A stretch of 58,681 nucleotides of DNA, filler included, from Sphacelaria rigidula (Eukaryota), in NCBI GenBank assembly GCA_964200075.2. It is 6 parts of 6 records of this genome, joined end to end, with 100 filler letters (N's around TTAATTAATTAA, not from the genome) between each part and the next. Parts side by side here need not be neighbours in the genome. Positions count along the whole stretch, not along the records: positions 9,799 to 19,495 come from CAXNAA020007944.1; positions 19,596 to 29,292 come from CAXNAA020007945.1; 4 more parts are not named here. One strand, 5' to 3'. Below the pieces are notes generated by a model that was not told where the DNA came from, searched no databases, and was given only the letters and a program-made list of their open reading frames with translations. Position 1 is the stretch's first letter. Every line of letters begins with the position of its first letter. The position numbers and the translations under genes were made by a program. Below, piece after piece: positions 10,721 through 24,400 of this stretch.

Positions 10721-13700
10721 GAGCCTAAAGTGCACTTCAAGTACATCGAAGCGGCCGCCAAGATGCAGCAGTTCAAGGAGGTTGAGCGCGTGTGCCGTGA
10801 TTCGACAGTGTACGAACCGGAGAAGGCAAGTTAATACGCTACAACACCTGAGGCCCACCCAAGAAGAATCGTGTTTTTTTATTGTAGTTAACTATTTGTT
10901 TCCTTCCAATTCCTCTTTTTTCTTTTTCTTTTCATGCTCCCGCGATAAAGGAGGTGAAACCACGTCTTGAACAGCAGGTGAATAATGATGCCTTGTGGTG
11001 ATTCTCCATCTTATTTGTTTCCGTGTGAACGGCCTTCAACGAAATCGGGATGCTCCCGTCGCTTTTTTTTCCCGCATGTTTTCACGGGTCGAACGGATTC
11101 ATGATTCGTCTGGAAATTCTTGAGTGTAATTGATTCGCACCGTATGAATTATTCCTAGGGCTGTGTTTCAAGCGTTGCAACTCGGGTACAGTATGCGCAG
11201 CCCAGGCGCGTGAAATGGCGCAAAAATTGCGTTGAGACCTTGATGATGAGCGGTCAACTTTTTTTTTTTTTTCTCTTATGAGCAATCATGCCTGAAGAAT
11301 CGTGGATTTGGTGATTCGAATCAGCGATGATTCGTCCAAACTGCACATGTTTTGACTTCTCGTTCAGAAAAGTAGGGGTGTTATCAAACGTCCAAAGTTA
11401 AAAATACTGAGGGAACGAGTGCGCATCCTTTAAACTCGTGCTGATCTACAGTAGGATGTGATTGATGTGTAACTTCAGGTGAAGAAGTTCCTGATGGATG
11501 CTAAGCTGCCGGACCCGCGTCCGCTCATCCACGTGTGCGACCGCCATGACTTTATCGAGGAGATGACGGGTTACCTGTACAAAAGCAGCCTTCAGAAGTA
11601 CATTGAGGTACGTTTCATTTCGTTGTATTTTATTTCACACCCGGGATAAGAGATTCTTTTGTCCAAAAACGTTTAACGCGTACAGTGTGGAATCTATAAT
11701 CTGTTGCAATAGGTACAATAGTCAATACTGTAAGCAGTACACTTTTCCCCAGGCATTCTAATGCCATTATCCAGGGTATGTTGTGTTGAGCTTTGTTTCA
11801 ATTTCAATGTTGGAGAGCAGTATCTCCACAAAATCCACGAAGCTGGGAAGGGTGACATGTTTGGGAGGTGAGTTCTAGGCTTGTACATATGATGCTAGCA
11901 CGGTTTGACAGCAAAAGTGACCCTTCATTATTGTCAAGATTAACGATTTTTTCACAAACCGTGGTTTCACCAAAGACCCATTATTATTTTCAAGATGAAC
12001 GATTTTCTCAAGAACAGTGGTTTTACAACAGAGTGACCCATCATTATTTTCAAGATGAACTATTTTTGCAACCGTGTTTTTTTTCACCCATCAAAAGCCG
12101 TGCTAGTGCAATAGGTGGAAGCTAAGTGAAATCTCGTTTGTTGTTCTGGGTGTCGTCCCATCCAGTCTAGGGCTTTTCGGGATATGTGGGCGCATGCATC
12201 AGCGGAGATCACAGTAGTATGAAGGTCAACACGGTAATTCTTGTCATTTGTCTAGATTATTCGGTTGTTTTGGTATTCCACCTTTTTTGTCGGATGTTTG
12301 GCCTCGATATTCAGTAGACCTGACTATGTGTACGTTAATATTGGTTGGTACTCGATTTTACATGATTTCAGACTGAAATAAAGTTGTGAGAAAGTTTATG
12401 ATTTGGGCAGGTGTGCAGTGGTGAGCGGTAGACTCAGCTTGTTCAAAATGTGTCTTGGTCCAAATCGACTCAAGGGCGTCGATTTCAGCTTTGGCGAAGC
12501 ACACATTGTTTCAGAAACTCTTCTCACCCCTCTTACCCGAGAGTTCTCGATATGCCTTGGTCGGGGCTAGGGTCAACGTTAGGGTTGGCGGCATCTCCGC
12601 AGTACCAACCATGATTTACGTACATTTCTTGAGGTCCCCTCTTGATATGCTGAAAGGGCTCAGCAGTTCCTCTCCCCTCGTCGACCGTGAAGTGGAACCC
12701 TCGTGTCTCGTATTTTTTCATGACCATATTTCATCGTAGAGGTTTATAGCATTTTTTTATGTCGACACACTTTCGGCCTCCCTCCGCTTCCTCAGGAACA
12801 GTCTGTGGTCCCAGGACTAATCCATCTTCCCCCCTACGATGTCGCGGATTGGACTATCGCTTTTGCGCCGCGCCGACTCGAGTAAAGTCAGGCCCCGCTA
12901 CCCCACGTCTTGAAGGTCTCAGTGACAAAAATCAGGTTCTTCCCCGAAGACATGCTGGACCCACGTCTACCTGTAATCAAGTCCGTATTTTTCAGGGATA
13001 TACACGTTACACGATCACGTTACGTTATCACGTGAAGAAAAATAAGTTTCACGTTACGTGACGTGTGTCACCTAAAGAAATTATAACGTTTCGTCAACGT
13101 CCAATTTGAAAATTTAACGTTACGTTCATCACGTAATTTTTTTTATGTTCACGTTATGTGTCTGCCAAAACGTATTTTTTCGGACCCCAAACGATATATG
13201 GTCCAGAGTTGCCGTGGACAAAAATGTACTGCATAAAGTATAGGTATGCTGGAACTACTGGACATAGGTTGTCCAGGTTGAGGTATTTTTTCAACCTTGA
13301 TGGTCGGGGGTTTTTTCAAGTTTTTTTGGCAACACCACTTGTGAAACACACGGTGCACATTTTTTTTCTTCTTCACAAAACAGGTGTACGTGCAGAAGGT
13401 GTCGCCGCAGAAGACTCCCATGGTTGTCGGTAAGCTGCTCGACCTCGACTGCTCCGAGGATTTCATCCGTCAGCTGCTGAACTCAGTCGGGCACAACTGC
13501 CCCGTCGATGAGCTGGTGGAGCAGGTAAGAAAGAGACGTTTTTGTATTTTGATTTCATTTGTGGCTCGATGTATGTGCTTGACGTGATAACCGTAGGTCA
13601 GAATGTTTCACGTCAAGGAAGCAGATCCTGTACGATGACTATTGTTTGCATTGTATGGAAGATGTTGCATATTGCAATGGGCAAGCAATAAATGAGTACT

Positions 13701-16700
13701 CCTTCCCTTTTTTTTTATGTTGTCAGAGGTCAAATGACGAAGACAAGCAACAAATGAGTACTCCTCTCCCCTTATGTTTTCTTGTATTCCAGGTTGAGCG
13801 CCGCAACCGCCTTCGCCTCCTGCAGCCATGGCTCGAGGCCATGGTATCAACCGGCAACACCGAGGTGGCTACTCACAACGCGATCGGAAAGATCTACGTG
13901 ACCCTGAACAAGGATCCCGTAACTTTCCTCACTAACAACCAGTTCTACGACCCGAAGGTGAGGGGAAGGGAAATCAAATGAGATGAAGAGTACATATCAA
14001 AATTATTTATTCTTTTCTTTGGTGTGATGTACTGGTGGCTACAGTTACTGCAGCTGCGGCCGCGATATCTCTCTTTTCTGAGACTTGGAATGGCGTTCAA
14101 TGGGTGATTGATGTTGTGCTTGCTCGTGTTTTTGATGGAAAGCTCACTCAGTGCAGTGAATAGAAGGTGTAAAATGTATATATTTTGTTCGAGACCGTCA
14201 CGGGCGAGGGCGATAGCCATTGCGTGTATTCGTTATTTCTCGAGTGGAATTTCAAAATTTGGGTTCGATTGGACTGATGGCAGACGAAATTACTTTGAAC
14301 GATTGTTGGCAGCCATGACGTCGTTATTGATCGTTTCATATTGATGGGCGTTTTCTTATGCGCGGTAGCGACGGGGTGGCGTCCTCTCGTGTTTGTCGTC
14401 GTTGCATCTTGTCAAAGGCAGGTCGAGTAGGATGAAGTCAATTGCGGGGTACTTTCGAAGTCGTACGTGAAATACGCAAATTGGGGTAGGGTGCTATTGG
14501 TTGCTTTCCAGTTTTTTTTTGGGTACGACTCCCAACACCATACCCCAATTTGAGTACTTGAAGTATGACCCCCAAAATACCCCGCAGTGGAGAATACCCT
14601 CACTGGACCTGCCCTTGCATCTTTTTCTCCCTCGTGGGCCACGCGGGAGTAAAAGACGAGGTGGGCAGTGATGAAGACGCCATCCTCCTTGCTCCGGGGT
14701 ACAAAGAGATGGCGAACACAGTGAGCTGGTCGACGTCGATGTCTTATCGATGATGGTGACCGTTGCTGACCACACGTTATACCGTCCCCAGTCGCAGGAC
14801 TGATGTATCTTCCTTCATGGGCATCCGGATCCTTGACCTCTTTCACCCACACAGAGGATGAATACATGGCCGCATCACTCCTGTCCACCTTCGTGGCACC
14901 CGTGATGACTATCATCACCATAGCTCATGGGGTGGGCAAAGTCCTTGTTTGTGCTTTTTTTTCTTTTTTCTCGAGTGCTCATGAAGCACCGATGACGCGT
15001 ACAGATGAACTCATTCACGTGATCACTTTCTTGCTTCACTTTTTTTTTTTTTCCTTCCTTCTTTCCCTCTCCCCCAGGTGCTGGGCAAGTACTGTGAAAA
15101 GTTGGATCCTTCTCTGGCCTTCTTGGCCTACAAGCGGGCGGGCGGCGCTTGTGACGACGAGCTGCTGCGTGTCACAAGCGAGAACGGACTGTTCAAGAAC
15201 CAGGCTAGGTACCTGGTCGAGAAGCAGGACATGGATCTATGGGCTAAGGTACGAAAATGACGCCAATTTTTGCCCTCGAATTTCGTTTATATGTGAGCAG
15301 TATTTGCGTACCGTGTACTTTGCTCTACTTGAGCCATGATGGATGGGTGGTATGGAGATGGCCAGGAAGAGGTCGCCCACTAGACTAGACAGTGACGGCG
15401 TACCTTGCGTTGGCGCGTCCTCGTGCATACATTTTTTGTTTTCATTCCGAATTCAACCCTTTGGCCGCTGGGGTAGGTCACGCTGTGCCACGCAAATAAT
15501 TTTTGAGTGAAATGTGGTGCCAATCCAGTGCACGACCTACTCAGGCGCTCAACGGGTTGGGTCGTACTTTGTGTGTGGAGGGAGGGGGGGTGAGGGGTGG
15601 AAAGAGTACAGTGGAGAAGGTCTTCTCTTGTTGTCGTTGTTGTTGTCGTCGTCGTCGTCTTCACATTAAAAACCGTTCTAATATCTGTACGGTACATCCG
15701 TACTAGGCATCTGATGCGGACGCCTTCCGTGGTCACAGGCTAGCAAAAAACCCCAAAAAACAAGATAGATCCAGATTTAAACTCGGAAAACGCAATACAA
15801 GCAAAACAGGGAAGAATGACGGGCCAAATGCGGTGGAAAAAGGAAATATCAGATGTGATGGTACTGGATGGGTCGTGATTCATGTCCACGTCATCTATGT
15901 TGAGTCGACGAATATCTAATCGGAGCCTTCATGTTTTCCCCGCTCGTTTTCGATCGAAAATTAGTATGCTGAGACTGTCTCAATCCCTTTTGAGGCTACA
16001 CTATACTATCTTGGGTGAGAGCGCACTTGTGAGTGGGCATCATTTTCAACTGAAATCGACTGAAATTGATCTCGAAAGGGTTAATAAAATGCCCTTTGAA
16101 ATAGAAAGGGCTCTTTTCTCACGACGGACTCCTTTGTAAGTATCGGCGTTGTCTTACACTGCTCGGAAATGGTCGCGGGGGACTGAAGGCTACTTCCCTT
16201 GTGCATTCATTGGAAAATGATATCTCATGAAGGCGTGGCAATGAGTATCGGCCTAAACCCCTTTGGAACTCACAAAAAAGAGTACAAAATCCCATATGCG
16301 AGCTTTCGTCACTCGGAAAACGTCACCTCGGGTTGGGCGCACGAATCTGTCTCATTGAAGCGTTTTGGTGGGCTGCATCATAACCAGTCGGAGAAAAACA
16401 CCTATAATTTGCCCAAGAGAAACCTCAGTTGTAAATCGTCAATTTTCCATCAACGGTTCCAAAAGGGTTAATATCTACCTTTTATTCCGAAAAGGATTCA
16501 AGATGTTGCATTTCGCTTCATTCGCTTTTTGCAAAAAGACCCAAGGGACCGAGTATCTCGTAATGGTGATATAGTGGTGATGCGTGGTGTTGATCCAAAC
16601 ACGTGAGAGGATGAGGTGGTGAAATCCGATAGTCCCTCCACTGCATGTGATGGATAATAACTCGGAATACTCGCCGTTGTTCCTGTGACACTGTCGTACG

Positions 16701-19284
16701 ATGGATGATGGCATGATGATCACAGGTGCTGTCCAAGGAGGAAGGGGAGCAGGTGGAGCCCGTTTCTCGACGAGCACTGATCGACCAGGTGGTGCAGACG
16801 GCTCTGCCGGAGACGAAGAATGCTGACGAGGTTTCAACCACCGTGAAGGCCTTCATGAATGCGGACATGCCCCAGGAGCTGATCGAGCTTCTCGAGCGCA
16901 TTGTGTTGCAGGTGCGATGGGATGGGTGTGAAAACTCCAGTAAATGACGGAGGATAACATGTTCTACTTGGTGGTGAGCGGCGTGTCACGGGGATAATTG
17001 AAACAGACCATGGTCGTGATGGTTTAACGCCAGTCTCGTGGGGCAGGATGTGCGAGAAGAATGATGAGCCCTTGTTCCCGAGAGGGATGAATGATTATGG
17101 AGGATGACACTGCCCTCGCGGCTCGTGGAGTTTTTGCTTTTTTTTTTCCACCATACGGGTGTTGGTTGTATATGTGTGTTTTTGTAACGGCAAAAAAAAT
17201 ACTCCGCTTGACGATTTGTTCATCCTTGAGCTTTTACAGCTTTCAAAAGAACAAGATTGGGAAATATCTGCGCCCTTTCCCCACACTCGATTAAAACGAT
17301 TAGGAAGGAAAACGGCGGTGCGTACTGCTGCGTGGGTACTTTGATGTACTGCATACACTGTTTCGAAGACAAGTACGGTGCCAGCAAATCAAGAGAATTC
17401 TGAGCAAACGATGAACGCGCTGAGAAAACAAACATTTGTGACTGCCTTTTTTTTTTCACCTTGGGTGCAAGTGCAACGTGACGCCCGCCTTGTGTGTGAC
17501 CACGAGTGGAGGAAGACGTGTCGCTGACCAGTTGAAAGTAATGTGCGACTATCAGCTAATCGATTGATTGATGATGGATCAAATCGAAAACGAACGTGGC
17601 GCAGGGATCAGACTTCTCCGAGAACAAGAACTTGCAGAACCTTCTCATTCTGACCGCCATCAAGGCCGACCGCGACCGCGTGATGGAGTACATCAACCGC
17701 CTCGACAACTTCGACGGCCCAGAGATCGCGAAGATCGCCGCTTCTGAGCAGGTGCGCGAACTCTGATTGATCACTTTATTCTATATTATTATTATTTATT
17801 TTGTATCATTTCATTCTTTTTTTTCTCAGGCGTTCACGTTTTGTTTGCTGCTGCTACTTTCTTGACGATGCGGCAGTTGGCGGGCGTTTTTCTGCGATTA
17901 TGAGTTTATATCTTGTCCTTGTATTTTATCTATCAATTTGTTGCATCGACCGGCCGGAAATAGAGACGAAAAGTCTCGCGAAGGAAGACAGCACGAGCAG
18001 AGGAGCAAAAGTTCGACATCTCACGCTTCTCTCTTCCATGTGTAATCATGTCGTGGAAGATGGCACTTGCCATGCAAAAAATCGCTACTCTTCACGATCA
18101 TCTCCGTTTTGGTTCGTTTTGGCTTCATTTTTTTTTTTTCAACTGCCATTCAATCAGTTTTTTTGTTGTTTTTTTTCCCCTCCACTGTATACTGTACAAA
18201 CATACAGCTTAGATCCTTTTTCATCATCTTTTTATTTCCCTCCCTCGTACACTGTACACACGCGACACAGTACGAGCTCTTCGAGGAGGCGTTTTTGATT
18301 TACACGAAGGAGGGCAAGAAGAGCGAGGGAGAAACGAAGACCGCCATGCATGTCTGCGCCGCTGAGGTGCGGGGATGACCGAATATGCATGATTCGGGTA
18401 GTGTACGTCGACTGCACATCCGGTGTATATTTCTGTTTATATATTGATTTAACCGACCAAACAAGAATCTGGCGTTTACTGCAGGCGTCACAGTTTTGTT
18501 GATATCCAATCTTTTTTATTTTGGCAAAAAATAAAAAGATTTTGACGCTCATGGATGGACCGACCGAGAAAATGACAATGTACCGTAAGCGTTACTTTGA
18601 GGACGATCTTGTATCGGGATTGAGATTCTTGAAATGTTTCGGACAATGGCGGCGGTTATCTCACACATTCGCGTGCGTGCGTTTGCTGGGGTGGGTGTTC
18701 TTCCCCAAATTCGATTTTGGTCGAGGTGAGGGTAGCATTTATTTTTAACAATGTTGTCATTTATTTTGACTCCTGTTTTTATTGTGCTTTGTGTGTGTTG
18801 TGGTTTTTGGTCATGTATCAGGTGCTTGTGGACAACCTGAAAGCTCTGGACCGTGCAAAGGACTTCGCGGAGCGTGTCGCGGACAAGGCCGTGTGGAGCA
18901 AGGTCGGTTGGTTACGAAAAATTATTTTTTTCTTGTTTTATTCGTGTTCTTCCCTCCTCTTCATTTTCTTGTGCTCCTAGTCCGAATACTGAATACTTGA
19001 CCCTCGAAACATGTAATGAAATTCCGGGAAGGTTCTAATCGACCGACTGGTGAACACTGTTGAGTCGAGAGTGTCTTGATCTTGTTGGGGATATTGGCTG
19101 TTTCACGTTGTGCTGTGCTGTGCTGTGCTGTGTTGAGTCGATTGTAAGCTCATTTTCCCCTCGTTGTGGGTTGGATGATTTCGACCCATATACACAGGTG
19201 GCCAAGGCCCAGCTCGACGAGGACTTGTGCGTAGACGCGATCGCCTCTTACATCAAGGCCGAGGACCCTAGCTACTACAACGAG
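10721..19284 (+). CDS. CHC: Clathrin heavy chain, ten internal exons (partial gene)
   Basis: Exons: 10721-10825, 11479-11607, 13384-13524, 13793-13957, 15078-15248, 16726-16911, 17605-17751, 18271-18366, 18822-18902, 19198-19284. All have AG acceptors and GT donors except the first, which has a GC donor. They splice in frame to [137 protein letters not shown], colinear with the conserved CHCR leg region. Confidence 0.97.
11895..12106. mobile_element. MITE with CTAGCACGG...CCGTGCTAG terminal inverted repeats and three ~56-60-bp internal units
   Basis: Units GACCC(T/A)T(C/T)ATTATT(G/T)TCAAGAT start at ~11919, ~11975 and ~12035. The inverted termini are directly visible. Confidence 0.65.
15628..15705 (-). 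repeat. 3' end of a retroposon-like repeat with a (CAA/CGA)n tail
   Basis: The reverse complement CAGATATTAGAACGGTTTTTAATGTGAAGAC(GAC/AAC)n matches 48999-49132. Confidence 0.55.
16258..16467. mobile_element. piggyBac-type MITE
   Basis: TAAA|CCCCTTTGGAAC...GTTCCAAAAGGG|TTAA: CCC/GGG termini with TTAA-like flanks. Confidence 0.5.
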
Positions 19285-19419
19285 GTACGTTTTTCTTCGA
19301 CGGACTTCCACTTCGATTTAATGAAACTAGCAATGGTTAATCGAAAGTGCTTGTTGTCTATAAATAACGCTCTTTCACATTGTTTGGCGTCACTTTCACT
19401 CGAAGACAAGCGCACCGCT

Positions 19420-19450
<31 letters not shown>

Positions 19451-19495
19451 GCGCCCCCGCACCGCCACAACGGCGCGGGCCCGCGCGGGAGAGGG

Positions 19496-19595
19496 NNNNN
19501 NNNNNNNNNNNNNNNNNNNNNNNNNNNNNNNNNNNNNNNTTAATTAATTAANNNNNNNNNNNNNNNNNNNNNNNNNNNNNNNNNNNNNNNNNNNN
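19496..19595. other. Artificial contig linker
   Basis: N44-TTAATTAATTAA-N44. Confidence 0.98.
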
Positions 19596-19810
19596 AGGTG
19601 ATTGAGTGCGAGCCTGGTCCGGCGAAAACCCGGCGTGCTCCGTCCCGGCTTTGTAGGGATGCGAGGTCAACGGTCAGATGACAACGGCATGCATGATCAT
19701 GAGTACACCTCCCCTCTCCCTTGCTCCGTCTCGAAAGGGATGCGTGGTCTATGGTCAAATGACTAAGGCAAGCAACAAATGAGTACGCCCCCTCCCTTCC
19801 TCCCTCCCAC
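19596..19810 (+). mobile_element. Two tandem 3' ends of the ATGAGTAC/C-tract retroposon family (variants A and B)
   Basis: GGGATGCGAGGTCAACGGTCAGATGAC...ATGAGTACACCTCCCC is followed by GGGATGCGTGGTCTATGGTCAAATGAC...ATGAGTACGCCCCC. Confidence 0.65.
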
Positions 19811-19829
19811 TACCCCAAACAAGACACAC

Positions 19830-21378
19830 CTGCGTGATTGCGGGGTGAGCCTTGAGGAACGACGCCACTCGAATCGCGTTCTCTTGCTGACGCTCGACGC
19901 GCAGGTGCATCGTCTTCACCCCTCGTAGCAGCAGCCACGAGTCGAATGGGCTCAGTCCCGTTCCCTCCGCGTTTTGGAAGAAATATATCTGCACAGAGCA
20001 AGGTTTGTACGCGAAAACGAGTGAGACAAGCAAAAAGCGATCAGTGTTACCGTCAGATGTTTCAATATGGAAGCTGCCACCCGTGTTTTTCTTCACACAA
20101 AACATAATACTCGAGAGACATCGTGCTTCAATTAGTCCGGTACACACCGTTGTCTTCGACACAGTGTACATCCATCATGCGACCACGGGCGGACCCATGG
20201 GGGATCACTCAAAGTGCGACAATCAATCAATCCATCAAATCGTCGATATCCAAGTGATGAGACGCAAGGCAGTGGAGGATAACCACGTACAATACGTACC
20301 TGCTCCGCCAACTCCTGGTTCTTGGCGACCACGACTCCGGCCATGACGTCAGCGTGTCCCGAGATGAACTTGGTAGCGCTGTGCACAATCAGGTCTGCGC
20401 CGAGCTTGATAGGCTTCTGGAGGCACGGGGTCATCATCGTGCTGTCCACCTAAGCCAACAGTAGAAACAACAGGGCGCGCGCGGGGGGGGGGGGGAGGGG
20501 GCTTTTTCACACTGGACGATGACGATGAATCATATGGTCTCTTGTAACAGACGCAATAGTCGACACTGCACGCAATACACTTTTCGGAAATGTGATTTAT
20601 TGTCCAGGGTGCGATAGATTCTGGGATGCGCAATTTTACGTGTCTGGGGTGTGCGTGCCTGGAATGCGGTCCGACAGTGAAAAAAAACTCGAGAATTGAT
20701 TCGTACGGTACGAATCACCAATCTCACACTAAGTAAGCACTTCCTTTTCAGACGAATCATTGATAGTCCAATTCTCGCTCATTGTACATACATATACATA
20801 CATGCGATCCTCAGAGCACGACCCACTGTAATTGAAATGAAATCATGGAAAAAAAAAAAAGCATCACCACGCCTAAAGCACGTCCCGTACCATATCTCTA
20901 CAAGCGACTCAACCCTTAAACGGCGAGAGCTGGGGCATCTGTTGAATCGGCATCAATTTCACCAGGAGAACGCGGGCACGACTCAGGTGAGCTACCCCGC
21001 AGTCTTACGGATCCAAGGGTTGAATGAAATAAAATAAAATAAAATCATGAAGAGAAATCATAATCGTGCCTATCGCACGTACTGCCCCGTAGTATACTGT
21101 ACGGTACTGCACCTCTACAAGCGCATTCTTGGAGTGCGCCACGCGGCAGATGTCCGGGATGTTGATGATGCGTTGCATGGGGTTGGTAGGGCTCTCGATC
21201 ATGATGAGCTTGGTGTTGTCGGTAATCACAGAGGCCAGATTAGCCGGTCCCGCCGGTCCCGACATGTCGACATAGCGGATCTTGACGTTGTTGCGAGCAG
21301 CGACCTGTGCGGAAGACATCATGATAAAAATGAAAAAAGAAGAACAAAAAACACTCACTAAAAATGGAGAACCAAAAA

Positions 21379-21417
<39 letters not shown>

Positions 21418-24400
21418 AAAAGAAGAACCAAAACACTACAATGAACGATGAATGAATAATGAATAAATCGAAAACTAAAAATGAGAAAATGAAGACCCAA
21501 AATACCAAAATGAAAAGTAAAACATAGGAAGAAATCGACAATTAGAAATAGAAAACAAGTGAAAAAAATGGAGAACCGAAACACTAAGGCCGGTTCTTTT
21601 ATTCTGAAAATGGTCACTGAAAATAGTCGTTTTGGTCAGTTTCCATAGACTCTTGCGAGAACGCGATCTTACAGGGCCATTTTTCGTTCCAGAAGTCTCT
21701 GAAAACTGAGAGCCGTTACCAGGTAGCGAGATTTTCCCAACTCTCGTTGAGAAAAGCCGTCGGTTCCCAGTGAAATCAAACTGTCTGAAAAGGGACGTTC
21801 CATCACACACTCTTCGCACACCATACCCGCAGTGATATATATAGTCAGTGCTCCATCACACACTCCCCGCACGCAAGTGTAGTACAGTCAGTGCAAAAGT
21901 AGCTGTGCATGTTCTTGGTATAGTACCGTAGCAGGAGCGCAGGTGCTGCAGCACTCCGTGCATCGTTTCATGCCCGTAGGACCAGGGACAGACAGTACAG
22001 TACAGTACAGTGCTTTTTCGCCGGAAGCGTTACTACTATGAAACAGAACGGTGTCGCCCCTGCTGGCTGTTTTGACTGCTCGTATCGTTTCATACTCGTC
22101 GTGCCCGCCACCGATTGTTTACTCTGTAGTATTTTCTGTGTTCCGGACACGGTTGCTACCGCACTATTGATGGTGACTGTCACGTGAGTTTGTTGTGTGC
22201 GGTATGGCACAAACCATACTGCTGAACACTGAACCGCTTGCGACACTACTGCTGTACCAAGCAGCGGTCGGCTGAAGTGAGTGTTTATGCGCTTGTCATT
22301 TCGGTCCCTACTATACCAGTAGCCACTGTGTACGTGTTTTGCCATCCCATCTATCCTGTACCTGGACGGGATTACATGTTAGTATACCTTAGGTGGCACA
22401 AGCACAAAATGCAAATGATGACCAATACCACCGGCTGCACGCAGGCAAGATGACGGCCTCGGGTGTACAAATCCTCTGGATTTTTTCATAGAATATGAGA
22501 TGGGGTTTTGAAAATCGACTTCTCTGAAAAAAGTCCTCGACAACGCCCAAAAACTTTTTAGTCTAGAAGAAGCGGCCAAAAATGGAAAACAGATACTCTA
22601 AAATATTCTTGCCTGTTTGTGGAAAGTTTTGGATCGTATCACACACACATGGGGGGATGGGGGGGCGCGGGAGACGGTTTCATGTTATCTTCACCCCGTT
22701 CAACTCGCAGTTTTACCCCTCCCCAAGTTCCGTGCTAGTCTTGCCGAACCTAAATACTTGCTCGATAATTCCACGCTCAATAGTACTCCTTACTTCTGCA
22801 TCACGGTGATGTCCTCCCCCTAAAATCAAGCAAGCAAACAGGATACCACTCCCTGTATTGCAGGTGTACGGTTCATGGGACCCCCCCCTGTAGCGAGAAA
22901 ATGATGACTACACTATGAGATGGACGGTGGTCACCGACAGCGAACCAGAAAGGAGATATGTTTCGGCTCATGTATGGAGCAAGAAAAAAAAAATGTAATA
23001 GGCGCTCAAATAAATATTGGAGGTGGCTATTACAAAAGGGGTATAAATGAACAGTGCTCCTCCGCCTCGAAAGAGATGCGTGGTCAGTGGTCAAACGACC
23101 AAGGCGAGCAACAACGGAGTACCTCCACCCCCCACCCCTCCCCACCAAAAAATGGACGCGTTACCTTGCTGAGAAGACGGTAGGTGCCGCCGTACGAATC
23201 GTCGTTGAGGATGATCTCCTGGCCCGTGCGTACGATGCGAGTAACGGCGGAGAGCGCCGCCATGCCCGTGCTGAAAGCGAACGCCTTGTGTCCGTCTTCC
23301 AGCTCGCATATCTACGGTGTTCAGAGCGGAGGGGAGGGAGCATATTTGTGATCATGCATGCCGCAGCCATGAGACCGACGGAGCACGCCGGGTTTTCGCC
23401 GACCAGGCTCGCAGTCGATCACCAAGTCCGAAGCGCCATGACGTGTGTCGGCGAGTCGGATGAAGGGGTGACCTGCATCCTACGAAGATTGTTTGGCCCG
23501 AAGCGTACTACTTCTCTTCCATATGGATGACAGCCTCTAAGTGAGAGGGGCGGGGGGGGGGCGTACTCATTTGTTAAGTTCTGATGAAAAAAAATGACTG
23601 CATTCTATGACGGGTGGGCTCTTCCCCTCATGTAACGTACCGCTGCGAGCACTTTTCAAGTGTATTAATAGTATACCCCTTGAGGACCACAGCCCTCGAT
23701 GGGGAGGGTGACTCCTAGAGCCGGGAACGCTACGTAAGGGGAAGGTTTAGTTGGTGAGACTCCGAGTCTACCAGGGCTCTACACGTTACACGTTTCACGT
23801 CGAAAGTCAAGCCAGGCTAGTACAACGGTGGGGGGCGGGAACCACTTGGAGAGCCCTCTTTAGAGGTCAAGTCGAATCAGGGCTTCTCGTGTGCTCCCCC
23901 CACCGTAGTAGAAGCCTTGCTCAACTTTTGACGTGAAACGTGGACGTGTAACGTGTAGGGCCCTGGAGTACACCTAGGCAGGAAAGGAAGGATTGTGCGC
24001 CACCTTGGTTGGTACTCTCCTTCTGCACTCCGCACGAGCGATCACGGCGGGTTTCCTTCAGGGGAGTGAAGTCCTCGACACCCCGCGGCAGTGCAGCGCA
24101 ATCACTACGGCGGGTCAAACCCACTCCACGAAACTGCAAATAGCGCAGCACACTCACGTGAACATCAATTTTCGATCCAGTAAATCCACCAACTCTATTC
24201 CATATTACCTGCTTCTCGAGCGCGGCGCGGGTAGGGTTGCCCGAGCGTGTGTAGTCGTAGTCACCGAAGGTCGTCGCCGATGGCTGCGCAAAGGTGGACA
24301 CCTGCAGTGATTTTTCAAAACACATTGCAAGCGTGTGTTGGGGCGGGCTAGAGTATCTGATACATGCGGGTATTTAGAAAAAATCGTACCCTCACAAGTG

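Noticed and set aside
11919-12065. CRISPR-like array (also 2785-3036 and 56325-56930)
   Set aside because: The intervening sequences are homologous to each other, the arrays sit in transposon-like repeats, the context is eukaryotic and there are no cas genes.
19420-19495. GC-rich or G-quadruplex-like contig ends (also 9630-9698, 9799-9900, 39033-39089)
   Set aside because: This is typical degraded read sequence next to long C/G homopolymers at assembly breaks.
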